Positions 1 through 24,085 of a DNA stretch of 64,000 nucleotides are shown in pieces. The position numbers were made by a program, and so were the translations under genes. The DNA is taken from the NCBI RefSeq assembly GCF_009914755.1, contig NC_060929.1; one strand, given 5' to 3'. Position 1 is the stretch's first letter; each line of letters begins with the position of its first letter. The notes below the pieces were generated by a model, which saw nothing but the letters and a program-made list of their open reading frames with translations, had not been told where the DNA came from and did not search any database. This DNA is from the human T2T-CHM13v2.0 reference genome, Homo sapiens.

Positions 1-2056
<2,056 letters not shown>

Positions 2057-3069
2057 CCTATTTTCATTAAAAACTCTAAGATCTTGGATGCAAGGGAAGA
2101 CTGCCTCAGTAATTGCTCATGTACATTACACAAAATGTACATTACATGAAATAGAGAGAGGCTTTTTCTCACTTGGGCAACAAATGCCATGACCTTCAGA
2201 GTATTCATCTCCATATTGGTACACCACATGTACCCATGTATCGGGGTGGTGGCAGTGACAATGGGCCTGTAAAGGGGGTCGTTTGAGGACACCAGAGGTA
2301 GCCTTGAAACACCTTCATTAGCTGTGTGGGTGGTGAGGCCTGGGAAGCTGACATCACTGAAGAGGGACCGAGCAGAAGAAGACAGTGGTAGAAGCCTATG
2401 GTGGTCCTAAAGTTTTTGGTGAGTTCAGGCGAGAGGCTCTCTAGGGACTCTCAGGTGGAACACTGATGGGGACTCCAAGTGATGATAAGGGCAGGAGACA
2501 TCCCCATTTGTATGTTAATAGTGTACAGCACTCTGGCTGCTGTGGACTAGGGAAATACAGTCTAACCACTAATGAAATCTAATGAAAAATAACTAAGTAG
2601 CTGAGGAATGAGCCACACAAATTTGAATTGAATGACTAAATACACATTGTCCATTTTGGGATGAATGGTAGCCTTATCAAATAAAAATTTTTTCCATCTC
2701 AAGAGTCATTGTTATTGTGATGAAATAAAGCTGTTGAGTAGCATTTCCCACCATGGGTTGCCCTGTTATTCTCACATTTGGGAACTTTCCATTGCTTTAG
2801 AGATTAACTTTCCCACGGTTTTCTATCCCATGATGTTTGCGGTTATAGATGAAAATGTAACTAGCAGTCAATGGCAGGAAAAGTAATGAATGACGTAGTG
2901 TGTAACAATAAAAAAATGAAGCAAGTTCAACTGAATCCAAGATGTTGAGTTCACAGAAAGCCAGTGCAACAGAACCTGTGAGAAGAGCCACACCCTGGGG
3001 TTCGTCTATCACGTAAGGGAGGAGAGGGAAGGATTCATGAGCTCTGCCGTTTCAGCATCATGAAAGTGA

Positions 3070-4749
<1,680 letters not shown>

Positions 4750-6337
4750 TGAACATAGGGATTTGGTGCTTTAAAAAATTGAGAGAGAAAGATTGAGATG
4801 AAAAACCACTGGGGCTTTCTTTAAATCCCCTTCTGCAAATCTTATGTTTTCTCAAGAGGAGCTATCTCCAGGATGAATCTTGCATGTTAATCACAGTTGT
4901 AGCAAACTCAGTTGCTGTTTTCCTTATGTACACCAGGAATTCATCTACTCCTGGCTCCCAACACATGGTCTTGGCAACACGTGTCATGGCTGCTTTGTTG
5001 CTGAGCCACATGGTGGAAACCGAGCAGAGCTGAGTTTGACTGGATCCATCCCACCAACCCCTGGCTGACCTCCGGCACTGTCCATCCCTATGTACAGGGG
5101 GGAATGCTCAGGAGTCCTGGAGAGGAGAGGGCTAAGCTGCTGGCCTGCCCAGAATTTGGGAAGCTCTGCTCAGCACAGCTGAGATTAAAAAGAGTCAGGA
5201 AGGAGAAATCAGCAATTCCTTTAAGGACCAGAAAACTTGGGAAAATGCCAAAGGATGACAAAGCCAGGGAGCTTGGGAGCTTGATCACTTTAGCACTCAG
5301 CTTTATGACCTTTGGAAACTACGTGTCACACTATTGAGTCCAAAACCAGCTTTGATAAATTTTGTTTTGGAATCTTTGTCCTCAGGCATTTTAAGACACT
5401 GTAGAGAGGTTGTCTAATATTTTCCACACATCATAATGGCATAAAACTAGGAGAAGAACAAGGACAGCTAGGAAGAATTGCAAATAGAGACTAGGAGGCA
5501 GAAAAGATGGAAAAAGTTGGAAATTAGAGTGACATCTGTGGGTTTAATCAGTAACTTAATCTGGCAATGCAGAACGTAGCCAGTTAAGAGGAAACAGAAC
5601 CCAGTAAAGTTCCTGCCTCCTGAGGAGTCCCCATCTCCGCCTTGAGCTTTTGTCATCCTTGGGCAACAGGCAGACATGTTAGTTCCTGCTGGCTCCAGTC
5701 CTGTCTGGCCTCTTGATCACTCAGCACTCAGGACTTGGGAAAGTCCTGAGCCTCCAAAGGCTACCGGTGGCATTATTGGGAGTTATTTGCTTGTTTGTGG
5801 ATCTGGAATTTACCTGCTCTACCCACACCTGGTCCCCAGATGGTGGGGCTGGCCCAAGGCTTCCAGGTGCACACTAAGCTGCAGCTTCCCTGTATTCATG
5901 CCTGTCTGCCTGCCTGGTTTTTAGCCTGGGTCCTGACTTTTTACTGGGACTAGACCCCAGCCCAGAAGTTGTCTGGGGCTGCCATGCTGCCACCTGGATC
6001 CTGCTGTCTGCTCACTCCATTTTTTCCATCTTACTGCCCATTTACCTGCCACTGGATGATGCTTGAGTTTTAAACTTATTATTTTGAAAAATTCCAAGCC
6101 TGCAGCAAAGTTGAGAAAACAGTACAATGAATAGCCACATACTTTCATTTAGATTTACTAATTTTTAGCATTTTGCCACATTTTTCTTTCTCCTTCTGCA
6201 AACACACACACTCATAACTGTCCCCATAATGTCTGTTATGGCTATATTTTTTCCAATCCCAGATCTAAATTGGCATCATGCATTACATTTAGTCATGTCT
6301 CTTTAGTTTTCTTTAATGTAGAACAATTCTCTTGCTA

Positions 6338-7051
<714 letters not shown>

Positions 7052-9613
7052 TCACAATTTGATTCAGGTTAAGCATTTTGGGCAGGAATACTCGATAGGT
7101 GCGACTGCCTCTTAAGCACAGGCTATGGCCAATGCCCACTTGCCTTTCTCTTCACGGCACAGTAACCATCCCCTTCCTCTTCCCAGCCTGGCAGAAGGCA
7201 AAGCAGCAAGGATGGCTGAGGAACTTGTGCTGGGCAGACCTGGGCTCCCAGGGGACCTGGCAGGGTTGCTGCTACCAGATACCACTCTGACAACTAAACC
7301 TTGCCCTTTGGCCCCCATTTTCATTTGTTGCAAATGACCTCTCACATATACTGGGCTCTTCAAATTCTATCGTAGTCCAGTGGTGGTCATGCTTAGGGTG
7401 GATCCAAGAGAAAACAAACAAGACAGAGACTCCAAAGAAGCCATGTCTTAGAGGCTCCTCAGCCCCAAAGGCTCTAGTGTATGACCCTTCCCATGGGGAC
7501 AGAGCTTCCAAACTCAAGTGGACACTTCAGGCTATTGTGCTGGGCTTCAGGAATAGGAACAGGAAGGACTAGGAGAAATCAGAACTGGAAGTCTGGTTGA
7601 GTACAGGGATTTGGCAGACATCTATGCTCTGCGTTAGCAAGGAAGTCAAGTTCTTCCTTGAAAAGGACGCATGGGTACTACAAGTTCAAAAACTCAAAAT
7701 GAAAATCCAAGTCCAGAAGCCTTCATGCGTCAGAGGAGACCATTGGCCAGGAGTTCCTCTGAGGCAGGAAAAGCCTTTCCTGTTATTCTGTGCATCCCTA
7801 TGGCTGAGTCCTGTGCTTGGTAGATGGGAGACATCCAATCCTTGCTTCTGAATGAATTAATGACTACAGGAACAAATAAATGGATGTGATTTCTAAATGG
7901 CCAGGTTTAGTATCCAAGACTCCTATTTAACTGGGAGGATTCAAGAGTTAGTATCTCAGAGTATAGACGGGAAGAGACAGCAAAACATAGCATTTTGAGG
8001 TACACAAGTCAGTGAACCCAGCTGAGGAATGAGTTGAACAGCAGTGAGTTGTGGCATGTATTATTATTCAGGCTCAACCTACCAGCTGCAGACTTTTCTT
8101 TGATGGTGAACTTATGGTCTCCTGGTCTTCTGTATGCAGAGACCTTTTGCTCAGCTACAGTGTAGCCAGGAACATGCCTGTCCCATCAGGCACACTGCAG
8201 CTTCCAGGAAGCCGGGAGGGGGCCACAAGAATGGCTTTTTTACTTCCCCCGCACTGCTGCACATGGTAGAAACAAAAAGTAAGATATGGACACACTCATA
8301 TACTATCCAGGCTTTTCAAAAGCCATAAAGCAGCATCCAAGCCTCGCTCATTATTATCATAAAAGCTGGGTGGAAAAGTTTAAAGTAGGAATGGAGAAAT
8401 TGCATGGAAAGAAAGCTCAAGAAGTTCCTAATAAAGCAGCTCGAACATAAAGGTTTGGCACATTCTTAAGACCAGGAGGATGGTCAGGGTCAGTGCTTGA
8501 GCTGTAGTCTGACTGCATTCAGCATCTGGAGTGCTGGCGGCTTCCAGCAAGATCTACTAGACTGATAAAGAGGCTCTGAAAGATCTCTTACTGGCTATGA
8601 GCACCATGCAGGGGCAAAAAAAGATGTGTCAGGTGATTTAGAAGAAAAGTATTTTTAAGTCGAGAAGAGTGCAATTGTATTACCATCTCCACATTTAGAG
8701 ATGATTTAAAAAGGCACAAAGAAAGGAAGTGGGCTGTTCCTGGGCCTCCTGTAACTACAGTCCAGCCCTGCTTCCTTATATAGATTTCCTTTTGCACACA
8801 TACTCTTAGTTTAGGTTTCTAAAACCAACAGTTTTTATTTATAGGTAAGAAAATCCCAATTTTTCTAAATTTTCACCAAAGGTGATGCTGGCCAGCCCCT
8901 AATTTGTGTTATCACCATGCCGGGGGCCCCTCCTTCCTACCTTCCTGTCTGAGTTCCTTGAAGAAACCGGGTGAACTTCTCAGTTCAATAAACTTTTGTA
9001 AGTTTCTTTTCTTTCTTTAATTCTTTTTTTTTTTTTTTTTTTTTGCCAACGTGTCAGTACATCTGAGCACTCCTGATCCCTGTTGGCTGCACAGACAGCT
9101 CCAGTTCTGTCCTTCCTTTACTGGGGAACTGCTGTCAGCCGGGCTGGATTAGAGCCCGGCAACGGTTCTGTTGCTAATGAATTGGCAGGGAGAACAAAAC
9201 ACTGCAGCTCTCCTGGAACTATTTTGTCATCTATAGTTGGAGCACATAAAACCTCGGGACTTGGAAAAGAACAAATGTCATTTGCTTATTTGCTTTAGGA
9301 TGTCAGGAACCCCAGTTCACCACGCCCTGAATGTTTGTCCGATTACAGCACTCATGCAAGTGACAAAAGGTTAAAGGAAAACTCCACCCTCGCAGCATTT
9401 CTCTGTTCATTTCCCACCCTCCAGGACTGGTTGGCAGGCCCGGGGAGGGAAAATTCTTATATTTATAACCCTGGGGATAGCAGGGACAGGCTTGGCAGCT
9501 TCAAAAGGGCTGAGCAAATCTTGGAACACTGGGATTGAAAGAGCCCTGAAGGAGCAATAAGGCCAACATTCCCCTCTAAAGATGAAGAAACCAAAGCCAG
9601 AGAGGTTGCCTGG

Positions 9614-10358
<745 letters not shown>

Positions 10359-11863
10359 TAAGTATGGAAATTTTGACTCATCTTGCAGGGTCAGTTGGAA
10401 GAAACGTGACTATTAGAAAAGTCTTTTGAAAGCGGAAGAGCACACATCAATCACAGATGGAAAACCAGGGTGTAAAGCATAACAATAAATTGTCTGCTGT
10501 CACAGAAAGCCCTGGATCTGATACAGACAATCATTTTGGGTCTTAGTTGCTTGCAGTCGGAGAGGCTCATTAGAGTCTGGAGTTACTTCATACACTGAGC
10601 TGGAAATTTCAAAGGAAACTTCCAAATCCACTATGTGCTTTGCTCTTCACTGGATTTTAACTGGGTCATTTACTTTTAAAAATCAAGCTGAATTTAGCAC
10701 TGGCTGAGCCAAACTTTGCCTCTATCTCTGAGCAACTCTTGCTGTTGTCAATGCGGCTCTGTGTGTGGACAGAAGAGAATATGATCCATTGTCCTACCAG
10801 ATGCAAATTATGGTCCTGATTCAACAAAAAAGCATCTGTCCTCCATGTAGGGAAAATAGCAAGAGACTCTGAAGCCAGACTAATGATTTATGACATGGCA
10901 CTGTGCTCTTGCAGAAATTCACATTGCAGTTTGCCATCAGCAAGCCAAAAACAAAAAATCATTCTGAAACTGACATGATTTGCAATGTTCTGTTTTGAGG
11001 CCCCTGCTAATGATGAACTCTATCAAAAACTGCTCAGAGAGAAGAAAATGATAGTTTTTTTGAAAGAGAAGGAAAAGATTTTGAAACAGCAAGTTTTACT
11101 TGTAATACATGGCTCTATATGACAAAGTCGATGCTTTATTCCATCATTCTCTCAGTAACTCTGGGAAGCCAATACCCAGGAAAAAGCAGTATCAATAATA
11201 CAACTAATTTCATAATTATCTGTCGTCACTGAGGATCTTGTGGCCTGGGTGACTGGATGACGTGGAAAACGTTCTTCAAATTGATAAAACGTATTTGATT
11301 TCTATCTACTGGTAATAGAATAATATGAGTCTATTGTGGTTTTAAATTCTTTGTACTCTTACCCCTCTCCCATTGGTTTAGTGGCATTGAAGGCTTTTGT
11401 TATGTACAGCTCCTCAGGTGGGGTCTAAACACCTAAAATGCAGACAAAGAAACTGAGTCAATGTCTAGCTTTGAGTTTTAAAAACTTGGCTCTGAAGATC
11501 TAGAAAGAAGTAGTGTGCCCAGCTCACTGTGCCCCAGTCAGAAATGAGTACTATAATTGATTTTTAAATTTTTGTTAATAATAGTTTTTAGTTATTTTCT
11601 AGCTGTTAGCCATTCATACTTTCTCTTTTGTGAATTGTCTGTTTCATGTTCTTTTCTTATTTTTTCCTGGAATATCTTAGGTGCCCCCACTTATTTCCAT
11701 GTAAATCTATCATACATGTAGCAAATATTTTCCCAGTTCGATCTCTTTTAATTTAGTCTGTGATTTTTTTTGATTTACAGAGTTTAGCAGTTTTATGTAA
11801 TCAAATCTACAGCTTTTTCCATGTGATTTCCACTATGGCTCTTAAACTTAGGAGAGTTTTTAC

Positions 11864-12267
11864 CATTAGGAGAAAAACTTCAGCTGAATTAAATTCAAAA
11901 GAGTTTAATTGAGTGATGAATGATCTGTGAATTGGGCAGCATCCTGAGCCAGAGTAGGCTCAGAGACTCCAGCGCAGCCACGTGGTGGAAGAAGATTTCT
12001 GGACAGAAAAACGAAAACGAAGTACAGAAAACGGAAGTGAGGTACAGAAACAGCTCTGGATTGGTTACAGCTCAGCTGTTTGCCTTCTTTTAGCATGGTT
12101 TGAACAGTTGGCCACATTTGATTGGCCAAAACTCAGTGACTGGCACAAGAGTAGACTATAGTCTGTTTACCCTTCCATTTAGGTTATACTTCATGATGTA
12201 CAGAGAAACCTTTAGGCCAAATTTAAAATATGTAATAGGGCAGCTTTAGGCTAAACTTGATTTAACA
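11864..12267 (-). mobile_element. MER57-family solo LTR (MER57B1-like)
   Basis: The reverse complement begins TGTTAAATCAAGTTTAGCCTAAAGCTG; ~400 bp; CCAAT boxes. Confidence 0.82.
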
Positions 12268-12971
12268 TTATACATAGAGAGTTGAGAGAAATTCATGTAT
12301 AATTTCATCTATTTTGTTTGCAGTTTGATTTTTTTTTTACAATGAACTCTTTATTCTTATCAGAAATTTTATTCATTTCATCAACAAATATTTCCTGAGT
12401 GCCCTTCTGTGTCTGACAAGGTGTAGTTGTTAGGAATAAAATGGTAACCAAAATGCTTAGAGTAGGAGAGGAGATATGAGTGAGTGACAACAGGAGACTT
12501 TCATGCAGCTGGGGAGAGCTGTCATAAGGTGGTTTGACTGCTCTCAGCGCAGTATTAAGCCTAAGCGAAGTCGGGCAGGGTTGCGAACCATTGGAACCTC
12601 TTGAAATCTTAACTTTGTTCCCACAGAATGCCCCTTAAGTTGATAAACTAAAACAGTTTCTGCAGCAGGCTAAATCTGATTAGTCATGGAGCATTATTCA
12701 TGCTCCAGCTATTAGGCAAAAAGTCATCAGGAGCAAAGAAACCAAGATAATTCTTTTTAAAAGACTTAGAAAAACAACAAAACATACCTTCACCAAGATT
12801 TCAAATCAGGATTCAGAGTAGCAGGGCTGTCTGAGATGACGTAGACCCGGGAGGTGCTGGGCCCGGTGGACAGGGATGAGGCCTGCTTTGCAAGGGCACT
12901 GTTTGGTGGTGTGCTTGAGCAATGGCCGACTCCAGGATCCATTCAAGCACCACATCCCCCCGCCAAAAAAA

Positions 12972-16649
<3,678 letters not shown>

Positions 16650-16693
<44 letters not shown>
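16650..16693. repeat. (CA)n microsatellite
   Basis: About 20 CA units abutting the Tigger1 end. Confidence 0.95.
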
Positions 16694-16694
<1 letters not shown>

Positions 16695-17617
16695 CTACAT
16701 CTATATACGCATTTGTCCTATTCGTTCTGTTTCTCTGGAGAACCCTGACTACCATAGTGAGTACATAGCTAAGGCAACTACCTGGGCTCAGACTGTGGCA
16801 GGAAGTGGGGAGAAGGGTATCTCCATTACTTTTTATTTACATACATGTAATAGACTCACTGTTTTGCCAATAAAATTAGGAATACATAGTCCTGATTTGG
16901 GTGATGTAATTAAATACATCAATATTTTGTTTCTATGATTACCAGATATTTTGTTACCTAAATTCACTTGAAAACCACTACTGATCTGATTATACAAGGG
17001 AGACAGGATTTCTTTCCCCAAACCACTGTCAAAGTTTCCTGAAGCTGGAAAGCCCCTCAGGAGGAGTGGTCTGGCCAATTCCAACAAGTATTCTCAGAAA
17101 TGTAATGATATAATCCTAACACTGAGTATTGGTACAGTGTATCAGCTTAGAAAAGTGCTTTTACATATAGTATGTTTTAAATTCTTCTGAACAACTGTGA
17201 TATACTTTAGAGAGGATTGTCATTATTATAACTACCCCTCTTTTGCAAAAGAAGAAACTGAGAATCAAGAAGCTACGTGATGCATCATGTATCCAGTCTA
17301 ATCAGCTAGACTATGACCAACCCAGGATGAGAAAAGAGTTCTTCTTGCATGCTTCATCTAGCACTTTTTCTTACCACTCAAATGTGTATCTGGCCAGGTA
17401 AGCAAACTCTGCTAGGAGATTAGAGTGCCAATTCAGCATCCTGACAAGGAATTTATTGTCAGTCACTTTTGACGGTGAGATGAGAAGGGAAGCTGGGGCA
17501 GTGAGGATAGCTAGAGAGTTGAGGTTGAGGGTGCAAAATGAGTCACCCTCATTTTTCTATAGAATAAAGTCAAGGCTTTTCTTTGTCCTTTCTTCTTTTT
17601 TGTCAAAATGAGTCTAA

Positions 17618-19179
<1,562 letters not shown>

Positions 19180-19299
19180 AGAGGTTTTTTCTTATGCAAA
19201 AACTTTTATTTCCTTTTCCCCATAAGACATGATACATTTTACTTTAAAACTTTAGAAAATACAGATAAAAGACAATAAAAAAGAAACATCCAATAGTTC

Positions 19300-20470
<1,171 letters not shown>

Positions 20471-20621
20471 GACCCTTGCCCACTCTTCTTTTCTTTTTTT
20501 TTAGACAGGGTCTTGCTCTGTTGCCTAGGCTAGAGTGCAGTGGTAGAATCATAGTTCACTGAAACCTCGAACGCCTAGGTTCAAGCAGTCCTCCCATCTC
20601 AGCCTCCTGAGTAGCTGGGAC

Positions 20622-21010
20622 TGAGAGGTGAAGCCAGCTGGACTTCTGGGTTGGGTGGGGACTTGAAGAACTTTTCTGTGGCTAGCTAGAGGTTTGTAAA
20701 ATGGACCAATCAGCACCCTGTAAAATGGACCAATCAGTGCTCTGTAAAATGGACCAATCAGCAGGACATGGATGGGGACAAATAAGGGAATAAAAGCTGG
20801 CCACCCCAGCCAGCAGCGGCAATCCGCTTGGGTCCCCTTCCACGCCGTGGAAGCTTTGTTCTTTCACTCTTCATGATAAATCTTGCTGCTGCTCACTCTT
20901 TGGGTCCGTGCCACCTTTAAGAGCTGTAACACTCACTACGAAGGTCCGTGGCTTCATTCTTGAAGTCAGTGAGACCAAGAACCCACTGGAAGCAACCAAC
21001 TCCGGACACA
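20622..21010 (+). mobile_element. 5' LTR (short LTR12 family, LTR12F-like), 389 bp
   Basis: Starts tgagaggtgaagccagctgg, has three ggaccaatcag repeats and an aataagggaataaaa TATA-like element, ends ccggacaca. Subfamily label is tentative. Confidence 0.88.
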
Positions 21011-21013
21011 TCT

Positions 21014-21031
21014 TGGTGACCCAGATGGGAC
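21014..21031 (+). other. Primer-binding site complementary to tRNA-Arg(CCG)
   Basis: TGGTGACCCAGATGGGAC starts 3 nt after the LTR. It matches the reverse complement of the recalled tRNA-Arg-CCG 3' end (TGGCGACCCAGATGGGAC) at 17/18, and the mismatch is a CpG transition. Confidence 0.85.
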
Positions 21032-21056
21032 TATCGCCAAGCAGTGAGTACCACTG

Positions 21057-22736
21057 TGAGAGGTGACAGTGTGCTGGCAGCCCTCGCAGCCCTCGCTTGC
21101 TCTCGGCGCTTCCTCAGCCTCGGTGCCCACTCTGGCCCTTCAGCCTGCTGCTGCACTGTGGGAGCCCCTCTCTGGGCTGGCTGAGGCCAGAGCCAGCTCC
21201 CTCTGCTTGTGGGGAGGTGTAGAGAGGCGGGGGCGGGAACCGGGGCTGCCTGTGGTGTCCACGGGCCAGCGCGAGTTCTGGGTGGGCGTGGGCTCAGTGG
21301 GCCCTGCACTCGGAGCAGCTGGCCAGTGCGACCGGCCCCGGGCAGGGAGGGGTTTAGCACCTGGGCCAGCAGCTGTGGAGGGTGTGTGGGTCCCCCAGTA
21401 GTGCTGGCCCGCAGGTGCTGTGCTCGAATTCTCGCCGGGCCTCAGCTTCCTCCTCACGGGGCAGGGCTCGGGACCTGCAGCCTGCCATGCCCGAGCCTCC
21501 CCCCACTGCCGTGGGCTCCTGTGTGGCCCGAGCCTCCCCGACGAGCGCCGCTCCCTGGTCCGCAGCGCCCGATCCCATCGACTGCCCAAGGGCTGAGGAG
21601 TGTGGGTGCATGGCGCAGGACTGGTGGGCAGCTCCGCCTGTGGCCCCCGTGCAGGATCCACTAGGTGAAGCCAGCTGGGATCCTGAGTCTAGTGGCGACT
21701 TGGAGAACCTTTATGTCTAGCTAAGAGATTGTAAATACACCAATCAGCACTCTATGTCTAGCTCAAGGTTTATAAACACACCAATCAGCACTCTGTGTCT
21801 AGCTCAAGGTTTGTAAATGCACCAATCAGCACCCTGTGTCTAGTTCAAGGTTTGTAAATGCACCAATCAGTGCTCTGTGTCTAGCTCAAGGTTTGTAAAC
21901 ACACCAATCAGCACTCTGTGTCTACTTCAAGGTTTGTGAATGCATCAGTCAGCACTCTGTATCTGGCTAATCTGGTGGGGACTTGGAGAACCTTGATGTT
22001 TAGCTCAAGGTTTGTAAATACACCAATTAGCACTCTGTGTCTAGCTCAAGGTTTGTAAACCACCAATCAGCACCCTGTGTCTAGCTCAAGGTTTGTAAAT
22101 GCACCAATCAGTGCTCTGTGTCTAGCTAATCTAGTGGGGACTTGGAGAACTTTTTTGTCTAACTCAGGGATTGTAAATGCACCAATCAACACCCTGTCAA
22201 AATGGACCAATGAGCTCTCTGTAAAACGGACCAATCAGCTCTCTGTAAAATGGGCCAATCAGCAGGATGTTGGTGGGGTCAGATAAGGGAATAAAAGCAG
22301 GCTGCCGGAGCCAGCATTGACAACCCACTCGGGTCCCCTTCCACACTGCGGAAGCTTTGTTCTTTCACTATTTGCAATAAATCTTGCTGCTGCTCACTCT
22401 TTGGGTCCGCACTGCCTTTATGAGCTGTAATACTCACCGCGAAGGTCTGCAGCTTCACTCCTGAGGCCAGCGAGACCATGAACCTACTGGGATGAATGAA
22501 CAACTCCAGATGCGCTGCCTTAAAAGCTGTAACACTCACTGCGAAGGTCTGCAGCTTCACTCCTGAAGCCAGCGAGACCACCAGCCCACCAGAAGGAAGA
22601 AACTCCGAACATGTCCGAACATCAGAAGGAACAAACTCCGGAAACACCACCTTTAAGAACTGTAACACTCACCGTGAGGGTCCGTGGCTTCATTCTTGAA
22701 GTCAGTGAGACCAAGAACCCACCAATTCTGGACACA
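21057..22736 (+). mobile_element. Solo long LTR12 (LTR12D/E-like), 1680 bp, inserted in the proviral leader
   Basis: Starts tgagaggtgacagtgtgctggcagccctc; GC-rich U3; tandem CCAAT repeats; ends ccaattctggacaca. 4-bp TSD ACTG at 21053-21056 and 22737-22740. Confidence 0.93.
21715..22265 (+). repeat. LTR12 U3 tandem array of ~41-bp units (ctagctcaaggtttgtaaatgcaccaatcagcactctgtgt) with about 12 CCAAT (NF-Y) boxes
   Basis: Tandem repeats are directly visible; an array of this kind is the known ERV9 LTR enhancer. Confidence 0.9.
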
Positions 22737-22881
22737 ACTGGACCCCTTTCGCTTGCTATTCTGTCCTATTTTTCCTTAGAATCTGGGGGCTAAACACCGG
22801 GCACCTGTCGGCCAGTTAAAAGCAACTAGCGCGGCCACCAGACTAAAGACACAGGTGTCAGGCTTTCTGGGAAAGGGCTCT

Positions 22882-23880
22882 GAGTCCTTACTCAGACTTG
22901 TGGGACAACCCCGCAACCAGTGGCATACCTAAGTAAGGAAATTGATACAGTAGCAAAAGGCTGGCCTCACCGTTTACAGGTAGTTGCAGCGGTGGCCATC
23001 TTAGTATCAAAGGCTATCAAACTAATGCAAGGAAAGGATCTCACCGTCTGGACTACTAATGATGTAAATGGCATAGGTGCCAAAGGAAGTTTATGGCTAT
23101 CAGGCAACCGCCTGCTTAGATACCAGGCGCTATTCCTTGAGGGACCGGTGCTTCAAATACACATGTGTGCGGCCCTCAACCCTGCCACTTTTCTCCGAGA
23201 GGATGGAGAACCAATCAAGCATGACTGCCAACAAATTATAGTCCAGACTTATGCCACCGGAGAGGATCTCTTAGAAGTCCCCTTAGCTAATCCTAATCTT
23301 ATATACCGATGGAAGTTGATTTGTGGATAATCGGATACGGAAGGCAGGTTATGCCATAGTTAGTGATGTTATGCCATAGTTAGTAATGTAACAGTACTCA
23401 AAAGTAAGCCTCTTCCCCGAGGAACCAGTGCCTAGTTAGCAGAACTAGTGGCACTTACCTGAGCCTTAGAACTGGGAAAGGGAAAAAGGATAAATGTGTA
23501 TACAGATAGCAAGTATGCTTATCTAATCCTACGTGCCCATGCTGCAATATGGAAAAGGAATTCCTAACATCTGGGGGAACCTCCGTTAAATACCACAAGG
23601 AAATCATGAAGCTATTGCATGCAGTGCAAAAACCCAAGGAGCTGGCAGTCTTACACTGCCAAAGCCATCAAAAAGGTGAAGAAGAAAAGGCAGAAGGAAA
23701 CCATCGGGCAGATGCTGAGGCCAAAATTGCTGCCAGGCAGAACCTCCCATCGGAAATACCTACGGAAGGACCCTTGGTATAGAACAACCCTCTCCAACAG
23801 ATTAAGCCCCAGTATTCCCAACTGAAACAGAATGGGGACTTTCACGGGGGCATAGTTGTCTCCCCTCGGGGTGCTTAACG
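22882..23880 (+). pseudogene. Degenerate HERV9 pol fragment (tether plus RNase H)
   Basis: Motifs PVAYLSKEID..AKGWP, YTDGS (23302), NVYTDSKYA (~23493), HCQSHQ and GNHRAD, with stops and frameshifts. Accounts for ORFs 22920..23330 and 23549..23782. Confidence 0.9.
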
Positions 23881-24085
23881 ACAGAGAGACAAAGAGGGAG
23901 TCAGAGAGAGAGAGAGAGAGAGAGGGCAAAAACAGAAAGTCAAAGAGAATGGGGGGGAGGACAGAAAGTCAAAGAGAGAAGGAAAGAGAGGAAGAGACAG
24001 AGACAAAGAGGAAGTCAGAGAGAAAGAGAGAGACAGACAAGGAGTCAGAGAGAGAGAAAGAGAGATAGAAGTAGTAAAGAAAAAA
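23881..24085 (+). repeat. GA-rich polypurine low-complexity tract inside the provirus
   Basis: (GA)n/(GAAA)-rich sequence, typical of HERV9/HERV-W internal regions. Confidence 0.85.

Noticed and set aside
21031-21720. Overlapping long ORFs on both strands (up to 173 aa)
   Set aside because: A by-product of the GC-rich LTR12 U3, which has few stop codons; the products are low-complexity and resemble no protein family.
21715-22265. Regularly spaced ~41-bp repeats superficially like a CRISPR array
   Set aside because: The units are contiguous with no unique spacers, lie inside an LTR12, and have no cas genes nearby; this is the known ERV9 U3 enhancer array.
22920-23782. pol ORFs as a functional RNase H or integrase
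   Set aside because: Fragmented by stops, frameshifts and a 20-bp duplication; RT and IN are absent.
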